Shown: piece after piece, positions 15,911 through 24,321 of the stretch
Layout: each line of letters opens with the position of its first letter
Position numbering within the stretch: the stretch's first letter is position 1
Assembly (NCBI GenBank): GCA_003021085.1
Contig: PXRE01000026.1
Coordinates: 66,559-130,558 of the forward strand
DNA from: Halobacteriales archaeon QS_1_68_20
GTDB lineage: Archaea; Halobacteriota; Halobacteria; Halobacteriales; PXRE01
DNA: 64,000 nucleotides
Reading direction: 5' to 3'
The notes under the pieces: model-generated
Seen by the model: the letters and a program-made list of their open reading frames with translations, nothing else
Databases searched by the model: none
What the model was told of the DNA's origin: nothing
Translations under genes and position numbers: made by a program

Positions 15911-18043
15911 TCACTCCTCGACGATGCGGCTCCCGCCTGGCGGCAGGAAGTGCTGGATCCTGTCCGGACTCGCCACCTTCCGGACGAAGGAGGTGTCCGC
16001 GAACCGCTCGCGGAACTGGCGGTAGATGCGCTTGCCGACGTCGGCCTGGGCGAACTTGCCGGGTTCGACCCGGACCGTGGTGACCGCCCGGCCCTCGATG
16101 GCGTCCGGTGGGCCGCCGATCACCCGGGTCGAGGATTCGCACTGGATGCCGACGGCGACCCCGACCGCCGTGTCGTCGTAGTAGGTGCGGTCGCCCCGGA
16201 CGGCGAACCCGCCTTTCTCCAGGTACTCGCCGCTCTCGGGGGTCTTGCTCACCTGGTCGGAGTCGACCGCGTACACGTCGCCGGTGAACCGGCCGTCCTT
16301 CCAGACCGACGAGTACGACACCGGGAACTGCGCGGCCTGCTGGAGCGTCGACTCGGGGAACTCGACCTCCTTCGCGGGTTCGCTCGGCCCCGTCGCCTTC
16401 AGGACGGTCGCCGGGCTGCCGTGGGCCTGGGTGTGGAAGAAGCGGTCCCCGCGTTCGAGGTACTTCTCGACCAGTTCCTCGTTCTGGTCGGCGTCGCGGC
16501 CGCCGATCACGAGGAAGCCGTCGCTCGTCCGGAACCAGCGGAACCGCTCGTACCAGTGGTCCTGCTTGCGAACCGGAATCGACGGTTCCGCGAGCCAGTC
16601 GGTCTCGGTCTCCTCGTCGTCCTCGTCGTCATCGTCGTCCGCCGGTGGGTCCGCCGCGTCCCACTGCTCCTTGCGACGTTGCCACTCTTCGAATTCCTCG
16701 CGGGTGTCTTCGATGGCTGCCAGCGCGCCTTCCTTCTTGTCCTCGACGCGCTTCGCCTCCGTGTAGAGGCGGTCGGCGTTCTTCTCGACGCCCGCCTCCG
16801 GATCGAGTTCGATCCGGTGGTCGTCTATCTCCACGGTCACCGTCCCCTCGTCGCCGTCGACGCCGACGACTGCCTCGGCCTCGGGAATGCCCTGGTCGGC
16901 CCCCGCCGCCAGGGTCTCCTCGATGTCCTCCCAGCCGTGGCCGTCCTCGCGGGCGGCGACGACCGTCGAGAGCACCTCGTCGACCAGGTCGTAACGGGCG
17001 TACAGCAGTTCCGCCTTCTCGCGCTCGCGCTCGGCCTGCTCGTCGAACCCCTGGATGGCGTCCTCCTGCTGGGCGATGATCCGCTCGCGCTTCTCGATCT
17101 CGGCCTCGAAGTCCGGGCGGTTCGACTCGCCGCCCTCGGTTTCCTCCTCCTGGGACCGCTCCAGTTCGTGGAAGTAGAGGTCCAGCGCGTCGGTGAAGGA
17201 GTCGTGAGCTTCAGAGCGCAGCCCCTCGTGTTCCTGCAGGGGCAACGGCGCGACGTCGACGGGGCGGTCGTCCTCGTAGTACACCCGGGGGTCGACGTCC
17301 CCGGTGCGCAGGCGGTCCGCGAGGTCCTGGATGGCCTGGAAGACGGCCTCGTAGTCGTCCTCGGTGGCGTCTTCGACGTCCAGGGCCTTCTCGACGCCGG
17401 CGCGGGTACACAGTTCCTCCGCCCAGAAGCCGCCGAAGTTGAGTTGCGTGGCCAGCGTCCGGACCACGTCGGTCGTCGACTCCTCCATCGCGGCGACGAA
17501 CGCCTCGTAGTCCAGCGCCAGCGGGTTGACCCGCGTCGAGGGAAACTCGTACTGGGATCCGGGCGCGACGGTCCTCGATTTCAGCCGGACGGTCTCCAGG
17601 CAGTCGACCACCTCGTCGTTGGCGTCCAGCACCGCGACGTTGCCGTCGCCGAACAGTTCGACGACGATGGTGGTGGACTCCTCGGCCGGCCCGTCTTCGT
17701 CGTCGCCCCGCCGCTCGAACCGCAACGAGAGGATCCGGTCGAACTCGTACTGTTCTGCGCCCGCGAAGTCCGCGCCCGACAGGCGGTTCCGTAGCATCAT
17801 GGCGAAGTTCGGCGGCCGCCCGGGCGCGTCCGGGACGTGCGCCGGGTCCGCGGCGTGCAGGCGCTTGACGGCCCCGACCTCCGCGAGCAGTTCGACCCGG
17901 CCGGCGTCGAAGTCCCGGAGCTTCAACCGGAGCATGTCCTCGCCGTAGAGGTAGGCCTTGTCCAGTTTCGCCCCCTCGTAGGCCGCGAGCTCCGGGACGA
18001 GCGCCGCGATGTCGACGCTCGTCAGTTCCCGCTTTTGCTCCAT
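15911..18043 (-). CDS. rqcH: NFACT-family ribosome quality control protein (RqcH/Rqc2/FbpA-like, NFACT-N plus DUF814)
   Basis: MEQKRELTSVDIAALVPELAAYEGAKLDKAYLYGEDMLRLKL..., a coiled-coil middle, and a C-terminal GGRDADQNEELVEKYLERGDRFFHTQAHGSPATVLK (NFACT-R/DUF814). ATG at 18043. Confidence 0.85.
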   Translation of the reverse strand: MEQKRELTSVDIAALVPELAAYEGAKLDKAYLYGEDMLRLKLRDFDAGRVELLAEVGAVKRLHAADPAHVPDAPGRPPNFAMMLRNRLSGADFAGAEQYEFDRILSLRFERRGDDEDGPAEESTTIVVELFGDGNVAVLDANDEVVDCLETVRLKSRTVAPGSQYEFPSTRVNPLALDYEAFVAAMEESTTDVVRTLATQLNFGGFWAEELCTRAGVEKALDVEDATEDDYEAVFQAIQDLADRLRTGDVDPRVYYEDDRPVDVAPLPLQEHEGLRSEAHDSFTDALDLYFHELERSQEEETEGGESNRPDFEAEIEKRERIIAQQEDAIQGFDEQAEREREKAELLYARYDLVDEVLSTVVAAREDGHGWEDIEETLAAGADQGIPEAEAVVGVDGDEGTVTVEIDDHRIELDPEAGVEKNADRLYTEAKRVEDKKEGALAAIEDTREEFEEWQRRKEQWDAADPPADDDDDEDDEETETDWLAEPSIPVRKQDHWYERFRWFRTSDGFLVIGGRDADQNEELVEKYLERGDRFFHTQAHGSPATVLKATGPSEPAKEVEFPESTLQQAAQFPVSYSSVWKDGRFTGDVYAVDSDQVSKTPESGEYLEKGGFAVRGDRTYYDDTAVGVAVGIQCESSTRVIGGPPDAIEGRAVTTVRVEPGKFAQADVGKRIYRQFRERFADTSFVRKVASPDRIQHFLPPGGSRIVEE

Positions 18044-18230
18044 GCCCGCACCTGCTCGCCCGCGGGGGAAAGGCGTGTCGTTCCCGCCGGAGGACGGCGC
18101 CAACCGAGATTCGCGTCGAGCCCGGGATCGCCACCGTCCGAGGCGAATTCTTTCATCAGCGACTTCATGAAGTAATTGAATTGATACGAATCGAACCATT
18201 TATTGTCCAGTTGGATGTGTTAGTGATTGC

Positions 18231-19517
18231 ATGCCAGGGAACTCGGGGGGAGCCGGCGTCGATAGACGACGGTTCCTCACGATCAGTGGAACTGTACTGG
18301 GCGGCATCGCCGCCGGAAGCACTGTCGTCGCGGCCGAATCCAGCGAACGGTTCATCGTCGACACGTCCTCGACGAGCGTCGACGAGCTGGAGGACGCCGT
18401 AGAGGTCGTCCACGACCTCTCGGAGATCGGCGTCGCGGTCGTCCGGGGCCGGGCCGGCGACCTGGAAGGCGTCACCACAGACTTCGAGCCGGACTCGGTG
18501 TACGCACTCGACCAGCCCGCCGACGCCGTCCCGGTCGAGGACGAGGCCGAGGCGTCGGACGCGGCCTACTACGACCTCCAGTGGGACAAGCAGGTACAGG
18601 ACGTCCCGTCCGCCCACGAGGTCACCGAGGGCGAGGGCACCCGCGTATCCGTCATCGACACCGGCGTCGACCCCACCCACCCCGACCTGGCGGACGCCGT
18701 CAACACGGAGCTGTCAGCCAACTTCACGGACGACGGCGGCGACTTCACGGACTCGGGCTACCACGGCACCCACGTCAGCGGCATCGTCGCGTCCCAGGGT
18801 CTGGGGACCATCGGTACGGCCCCGGCGACGGACCTGGTCGCCTGCCGGGTGTTCTCCGACGAGGGCGGTGCCTCCTTCGGTGACATCCTGGCCGCCATCG
18901 TGCACAGCGTCGCCATCGGTTCCGACGTGGCGAACCTCAGCCTGGGCGCCTACCCGGTCTCCCGGAAGGGGCTCGGCAGTTTCTACGGTAAGGTCCTCAA
19001 CCGCGCCACCACGTTCGCCAACAAGGAGGGGACTCTGCTGGTCGTCGCCGCGGGCAACGATTCCGCCGACCTCCAGCACGACGGCAGCGTCATCAGCACG
19101 CCGAACGAAGCCGCGAACGTGCTGAGCGTCTCGGCGACCGGCCCCATCGGCTTCGGCTGGGGCGACCCCGGCCTCCGCGAACCCGCGACCACGCCCGCGA
19201 ACTACACGAACTACGGCACCAACGCCATCGACGTCAGCGCGCCGGGCGGCAACTACGACCCCGACGCCATCGGGAGCGGGCAACCGTGGTACTACGACCT
19301 GGTGATCAACACCATCCCGGGCGGCTGGGCCTGGGTCGCCGGGACGAGCATGGCCGCGCCGCAGGTCACCGGCGCCGCCGCGCTCGTCAAGAGCGAGAAC
19401 CCCAACTACAACGCCAACCAGGTTCGCCAGACGCTGGAGAGGACCGCGGACCGCGTCGGCGACAAGGCTTACCACGGCAGCGGGTTCCTGAACCCGGTCG
19501 ACGCGGTGCAGGACTGA
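18231..19517 (+). CDS. Tat-secreted subtilisin-like serine protease (peptidase S8, halolysin-like)
   Basis: Tat signal VDRRRFLTISG, and the catalytic triad contexts VIDTGVD, HGTHVSG and GTSMAAP. Confidence 0.9.
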   Translation: MPGNSGGAGVDRRRFLTISGTVLGGIAAGSTVVAAESSERFIVDTSSTSVDELEDAVEVVHDLSEIGVAVVRGRAGDLEGVTTDFEPDSVYALDQPADAVPVEDEAEASDAAYYDLQWDKQVQDVPSAHEVTEGEGTRVSVIDTGVDPTHPDLADAVNTELSANFTDDGGDFTDSGYHGTHVSGIVASQGLGTIGTAPATDLVACRVFSDEGGASFGDILAAIVHSVAIGSDVANLSLGAYPVSRKGLGSFYGKVLNRATTFANKEGTLLVVAAGNDSADLQHDGSVISTPNEAANVLSVSATGPIGFGWGDPGLREPATTPANYTNYGTNAIDVSAPGGNYDPDAIGSGQPWYYDLVINTIPGGWAWVAGTSMAAPQVTGAAALVKSENPNYNANQVRQTLERTADRVGDKAYHGSGFLNPVDAVQD

Positions 19518-19574
19518 TTCGATCCACTCGTCGGACCCGTCGGGTTTAGTACCCCCCATCACGAACCGGGGGGC

Positions 19575-20348
19575 ATGACCGACGAGCCCTCCATTCTGCT
19601 GACCAACGACGACGGCATCGACGCGACCGGCATCCGCGTCCTGGCGGAGGCGCTGTCGGTCCTCGGCGACGTGACCGTCGTCGCGCCCACCGAGGACAAG
19701 AGCGGAGTCGGCCGCAAACGGTCCTGGGAGGGCGTCGCCATCGAGGAACACGACCTGGGGTACGCCGTCGACGGCACGCCCGTCGACGCCGTCGTGGCCG
19801 GCGTCGTCGCGCTGGACCGGGAGTTCGACGTCGTCGTCTCCGGGTGCAACAGCGGGCCGAACGTCGGCACCCACGTCCTCGGCCGGTCGGGGACCGTCGG
19901 TGCCGCCATCGAAGCGGGCTTTCTCGGCCTGCCCGCGATAGCCGTCTCGATGTACGACCGCGACGAACTGCTCCCCGAGGAGCCGTTGCCCAGCGACTTC
20001 GAGGTGGCCGCGGAAGCGACGCAGTTTCTCCTGCCGCGACTGGACGAGGGGCCGTTCGCCGACGCCGACTACCTCAACGTCAACGCGCCGGCGGACGTCG
20101 AGGGGCCGCCGATGCGACTCACCCGGCCGTCGACGGCCTACGCCCTCGGCGGCCGCATCGAGGACGGCAGGGTCGAACTCCACGACACCTTCTGGCGGGA
20201 ACTGTCCGCCGGCGACGTGCCGGACGGCGTCGACACCGACCGCCGGGCCTGCGTCGACGGCGAGGTGAGCGTCTCGCCGCTTTCAGTTCCGCGCGCGGAC
20301 GTCGTCCACGCCGGCCAGGTCGTCGAGGAGTTCGACGCCCGACCGTGA
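19575..20348 (+). CDS. surE: 5'/3'-nucleotidase SurE
   Basis: ILLTNDDGIDATGIRVLAEAL... is the SurE signature N-terminus. Confidence 0.9.
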   Translation: MTDEPSILLTNDDGIDATGIRVLAEALSVLGDVTVVAPTEDKSGVGRKRSWEGVAIEEHDLGYAVDGTPVDAVVAGVVALDREFDVVVSGCNSGPNVGTHVLGRSGTVGAAIEAGFLGLPAIAVSMYDRDELLPEEPLPSDFEVAAEATQFLLPRLDEGPFADADYLNVNAPADVEGPPMRLTRPSTAYALGGRIEDGRVELHDTFWRELSAGDVPDGVDTDRRACVDGEVSVSPLSVPRADVVHAGQVVEEFDARP

Positions 20349-20397
20349 ACTGCAAGTCGCAGGCGCTACCAGGGAGAAAAGAGGAAAAGCGGGCCGA

Positions 20398-20565
20398 TTA
20401 ATCCTTCATTTCCTGGAGCCGGTCGACGAGTTCCTCGGTGGACTCCCTGGACTCGAACTCCAGGGACCCCTCTGCGTCCGCGTTCTCGACCGTTACGGTG
20501 CTCTCTGTGTCGATCTCTTGCTCGCCATCGTCCTGTTCGGACTCGTCGTAGCTACCGAAGCCCAT
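20398..20565 (-). CDS. small highly acidic protein (55 aa)
   Basis: MGFGSYDESEQDDGEQEIDTESTVTVENADAEGSLEFESRESTEELVDRLQEMKD. ATG at 20565; the track ORF extends upstream spuriously. Confidence 0.55.
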   Translation of the reverse strand: MGFGSYDESEQDDGEQEIDTESTVTVENADAEGSLEFESRESTEELVDRLQEMKD

Positions 20566-20693
20566 ACCTACCCCTAGACGGGGAGGCTGAAAAACACCGT
20601 GGTCGTCCGTCGGGGGGTAGCCGTTAGCCATCCGAACGGTTCGTTTTGCGCGCGACGGGGGATCACCGCCGGTCCGTGTCGGCCTGGCGACGG

Positions 20694-21133
20694 CTATTCG
20701 GGCGTCACAGTGACGGTCCCTTCGGGCTCGCCGTACGTCGCCTCGTGGTCTTTGAACCTGTCCGGGTCGTAGAAATGCAGGGCGCGCTCCCTGAGCGACT
20801 CCTCGTGGCACATCTCGAATCCGAAAATCTCGACAGCGTCACCGTACTGCTTCTGCAGGTCCGCCACGCGTTCGGTCTCCAGCAGGAAGTACACCATGTA
20901 ATCGGCGTAGGTGTTCATCTCCAGGAACCGGTATCCCTCCGCTAGCAGGAACTCCTGGTTGAGCACGTGGAAGAGAGCCTTCTCGTTGTGCAGTGCCCAC
21001 CGCTCGTCACCGGGGGGATACCGGAACGGAATGTGCGTCCGATACAGTCACCGTTAGCGAAAGACGTGCTCTCCACGGTCCACCGACGGCCGATGCTCCC
21101 GGTGGACTCCTGATAATAACCTAAACTCTTCAA
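20694..21133 (-). pseudogene. gene remnant / frameshifted hypothetical gene
   Basis: The well-behaved C-terminal frame (..LYRTHIPFRYPPGDERWALHNEKALFHVLNQEFLLAEGYRFLEMNTYADY...) has no ATG and is preceded by a stop. A second frame with an ATG (MKSLGYYQEST...) joins it at a G6/C6 run (21012-21017). Confidence 0.35.
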
Positions 21134-21195
21134 ATTATATAAGGTAATAAAAATATGAAAGAAACTAAGTACCGGGCGTCTGAACCGGTGGCGCC

Positions 21196-24100
21196 ATGCG
21201 GGACGACGATCGTGGGTTCAACAGGCGCAAGGTACTGAAATCGACGGTGGCGGCTGCGACGGCCGGTGCAGTGCTACCGGACGCGGCGACTGCCACCGAC
21301 CACGTCGGCTGGCCGGCGGTCGACGACTTCGAGCGGTCGGATCCGCTGGCGGAGTACGGCGCCAACGCCGGCCAGTTCGGCGTCGAGACGTCGACCGTCT
21401 ACGAGGGGAGCCAGGCGCTGGTCAACGCCAGCGGCGACTACTACAGTGCCGTCTCGACGTCCGGACTCGATCGGTATCCGGGTCGGGGTGACGAGGTGAC
21501 CGTCCACTTCGACAACGCCGGCGACGACAACTTCGTGGCGTTCCACTTCTTCGCGCAGTCCGAGACCGACAACCCCGACGGCTACACCGTGGGGATCAGC
21601 GGCGCGGGCGCCTGGCGGATGTGGAACAGCGTGAACGGGTCGGTTTCGGTGATCGCGAGTCAGGACCTCCCGACGAGCGACCAGATCGACGGCTGGTACC
21701 GCGCGGAGGTCCGGACCGACGACACGACGGTGTACGCCGACCTCTACGACGACAGTACGGACGAGTTGCTCGCGTCGATCCAGGCCGACGACACGAACTT
21801 CTCCTCGGGCGGCATCGGCTTCCGCTCGGCCGGCAACGGGGAGGTCTGGGACTACACGTACCGGCCCGACCTGAGCGCTCCACAGTGTTCGATCGCGAGT
21901 CCGTCCGACGGTGCCACGGTCGGCGGAACCACTACCGTCCAGGTCGACGCGTCCGACGCCGAAGACGACGACAGCCTCGACGTCGAGGTCGCCATCGACG
22001 CTGGTACCTACCGGACCGCCTCGTACAACTCCACGTCTGGTTACTACGAGTACGACTGGGACACCACCGCGAGCGACGACGGCGATCACACCATCGACGC
22101 CCGCGCCACCGACAGCCACGGCGCGACGACGAACGCCGACCAGGTCACCGTCACCGTCGACAACGCGGGCGAGACGATCATTGAGGGCTTCGAGCGGACC
22201 GATCCGCTGGCGGACTACGGCGCGGCGACCGACCTCTACAGCGTCACGACCGCGACGGTCTACGAGGGGAGCCAGGCGCTGGTCAACGACGGCGGTGACT
22301 ACGGCAGCGTCGTCTCGACGTCGGGACTGGACACCTACCCCTCCAGGGGCGAGGAGTTCCACTACCGGTTCGACAACGCCGGCGACGACAACTTCGTCGC
22401 GCTTCACTTCATGGCACAGTCGGAGACGGACAACCCCGACGGCTACACCGTCGGGATCAGCGGGTCGGGCGCCTGGCGGATGTGGAACAGCGTGAACGGA
22501 TCGGTCACCCAGATCGCGAGTCAGGACCTCCCGACGAGCGACCAGATCGACGGCTGGTACCGCGCGGAGGTCCGGACCGACGACACGACGGTGTACGCGG
22601 ACCTCTACGACGACAGCACCGACGAGTTGCTCGCGTCGATCCAGGCCGACGACGCGAACTTCTCGTCGGGCGGGATCGGCTTCCGGAGTGCCGGCAACGG
22701 CGAGGTGTGGGACTTCGCGGCCCAGCAAGCCGCGAGCGGGACGGTCGTCGACGACTTCGAGCGGACGGACCCGCTCGCGGAGTACGGTGCCAACGCCGGC
22801 CAGTTCGGCGTCGAGACGTCGACCGTCTACGAGGGGAGCCAGGCGCTGGTCAACGCCAGCGGCGACTACTACAGCGCCGTCTCGACCTCGGGGCTGGACG
22901 TGTATCCGGACCGCGGTGACGAGGTGACCGTCCACTTCGACAACGCCGGCGACGACAACTTCGTGGCGTTCCACTTCTTCGCGCAGTCTGAAACCGACAA
23001 TCCCGATGGCTACACCGTGGGGATCAGCGGGTCGGGCGCCTGGCGGATGTGGAACAGCGTGAACGGGTCGGTCACCCAGATCGCCAGCCAGGACCTGCCC
23101 ACCAGCGACCAGATCGACGGCTGGTACCGCGCCGAAGTCTGGACGGACTCGACGACCGTGTCCGCCGACCTCTACGACGACAGCACCGACGAACTCCTGG
23201 CCTCCATCCAGGCCGACGACGCGAACTTCTCCTCGGGCGGCATCGGCTTCCGCTCGGCCGGCAACGGGGAGGTCTGGGACTACGTCGTCAACAGGGCCTC
23301 CGACACAGACGGCGGCGGGGACTACGGCCCCGGCATCCGCCACTCGCTGTACGACGGCCCGGTCGGCGGCGGCGACGGGATGCCCGCGTCCGCCATCAAC
23401 TCGCCGGGTGACGCCGACATCGTGGTCTCCGACGGGAACCTGCAGTCCGCCATCGACGCGTCTTCGGCCGGCGACGTCATCTACGTGGAGGGCAGCGCGA
23501 CCGCGAGCAGCGTCCACCAGAACGACATCACGATCGCGGGCAACCGTGGCGAGGGGACCGACGGCCAGATCAACGACCCCGACATCGACGCCCGGAACGT
23601 CAGGTTCGACGGGTTGTTCGTCGACGTGCCCGACTCTATCCAGATCACCGAACAGGGCTGGGAGGCGTTCAACTGTGAGTTCTCCGGGCAGGGGTACTTC
23701 GAGATCGACACCGACGTCCTGCCGGAACCGGACGTCGAGTTCAAGCAGTGCGAGATCCACGACATGGAGACCTACAAGACGATCCAGAGTGGCTACGTGT
23801 ACGGCGACGACGTGTACGCCTGTGGCGAGTGGTTCCACATGCCACGGTACGAAGACAGGATCCGGATCGTCTACTGCGAGTGGTACAACAACAGCAAGAT
23901 CTCCGGGACCCAGTACTACTTCGAGATCGTGGACAACTACCTCCACACCAGCGGGACCTCCGGTGGCTTCCTCGAACTGCGCGCGCCCAACGAGTGTCGC
24001 ATCGACGGGTCCGGGAGCGTCAACGACTGTGGCACGCCGTGTGGAACCGGGATCGTCGAACACAACCGCAACGAGATGACCAACGACGGCGAGGGAGTCC

Positions 24101-24309
24101 GACTCGTGCAGGTTCGCGGGACCCCGTGGCGGGACACGCTGTCCGTCCGGAAGAACTACGCGCCGGTCAACACGGACTGGTACGCGGGCTGTGAAGCCGA
24201 CGACTCCTGGAGTTCGAGCTGGCAGGACCAGATCGTCCTCCAGAACGCGGGCGACGCCGGCGAAGGCACCCTCGACGAGATCGTCGTGGAGAACAACGAC
24301 CTCTCCTGA
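21196..24309 (+). CDS. large Tat-secreted protein: 3x LamG/concanavalin-like domains, one Ig-like domain, C-terminal beta-helix-like domain
   Basis: Tat signal RGFNRRKVLKSTVAAATAGA. Three ~180-aa repeats end in ..GGIGFRSAGNGEVWD. There is an Ig-like segment (PQCSIASPSDGATVGGTTTVQVDASD...) and a Cys/Trp-rich C-terminal 350 aa with a repetitive strand pattern. The domain names are inferences. Confidence 0.85.
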   Translation: MRDDDRGFNRRKVLKSTVAAATAGAVLPDAATATDHVGWPAVDDFERSDPLAEYGANAGQFGVETSTVYEGSQALVNASGDYYSAVSTSGLDRYPGRGDEVTVHFDNAGDDNFVAFHFFAQSETDNPDGYTVGISGAGAWRMWNSVNGSVSVIASQDLPTSDQIDGWYRAEVRTDDTTVYADLYDDSTDELLASIQADDTNFSSGGIGFRSAGNGEVWDYTYRPDLSAPQCSIASPSDGATVGGTTTVQVDASDAEDDDSLDVEVAIDAGTYRTASYNSTSGYYEYDWDTTASDDGDHTIDARATDSHGATTNADQVTVTVDNAGETIIEGFERTDPLADYGAATDLYSVTTATVYEGSQALVNDGGDYGSVVSTSGLDTYPSRGEEFHYRFDNAGDDNFVALHFMAQSETDNPDGYTVGISGSGAWRMWNSVNGSVTQIASQDLPTSDQIDGWYRAEVRTDDTTVYADLYDDSTDELLASIQADDANFSSGGIGFRSAGNGEVWDFAAQQAASGTVVDDFERTDPLAEYGANAGQFGVETSTVYEGSQALVNASGDYYSAVSTSGLDVYPDRGDEVTVHFDNAGDDNFVAFHFFAQSETDNPDGYTVGISGSGAWRMWNSVNGSVTQIASQDLPTSDQIDGWYRAEVWTDSTTVSADLYDDSTDELLASIQADDANFSSGGIGFRSAGNGEVWDYVVNRASDTDGGGDYGPGIRHSLYDGPVGGGDGMPASAINSPGDADIVVSDGNLQSAIDASSAGDVIYVEGSATASSVHQNDITIAGNRGEGTDGQINDPDIDARNVRFDGLFVDVPDSIQITEQGWEAFNCEFSGQGYFEIDTDVLPEPDVEFKQCEIHDMETYKTIQSGYVYGDDVYACGEWFHMPRYEDRIRIVYCEWYNNSKISGTQYYFEIVDNYLHTSGTSGGFLELRAPNECRIDGSGSVNDCGTPCGTGIVEHNRNEMTNDGEGVRLVQVRGTPWRDTLSVRKNYAPVNTDWYAGCEADDSWSSSWQDQIVLQNAGDAGEGTLDEIVVENNDLS
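21319..21855 (+). repeat. internal coding repeat R1 (~540 nt)
   Basis: Near-identical at nucleotide level to R3, with long exact runs such as gccggccagttcggcgtcgagacgtcgaccgtctacgaggggagccaggcgctggtcaacgccagcggcgactactacag. Confidence 0.9.
22177..22716 (+). repeat. internal coding repeat R2
   Basis: Same domain as R1 and R3 but more diverged in its first half (IIEGFERTDPLADYGAATDLYSV...). The second half is near-identical to R1/R3. Confidence 0.9.
22744..23283 (+). repeat. internal coding repeat R3
   Basis: VVDDFERTDPLAEYGANAGQFGVETSTVYEGSQALVNASGDYYSAVSTSGLD... is almost identical to R1. Confidence 0.9.
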
Positions 24310-24321
24310 CGGGAGCGCGGC

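Noticed and set aside
15950-17794. 614-aa plus-strand ORF opposite rqcH, with analogous cases at 28595..30712, 42943..43899, 43167..44120, 48754..49992, 52514..53773, 54380..55780 and 61134..62192
   Set aside because: Each is antisense to, or out of frame with, a gene carrying clear family motifs. Their amino-acid composition (R, G, P, V, A) is that of GC-rich non-coding frames.
21274-24063. 929-aa minus-strand ORF opposite the large secreted-protein gene
   Set aside because: Val/Arg/Gly/Asp-rich mirror of the real plus-strand gene. It has no start context or signal, and it repeats only because the sense strand repeats.
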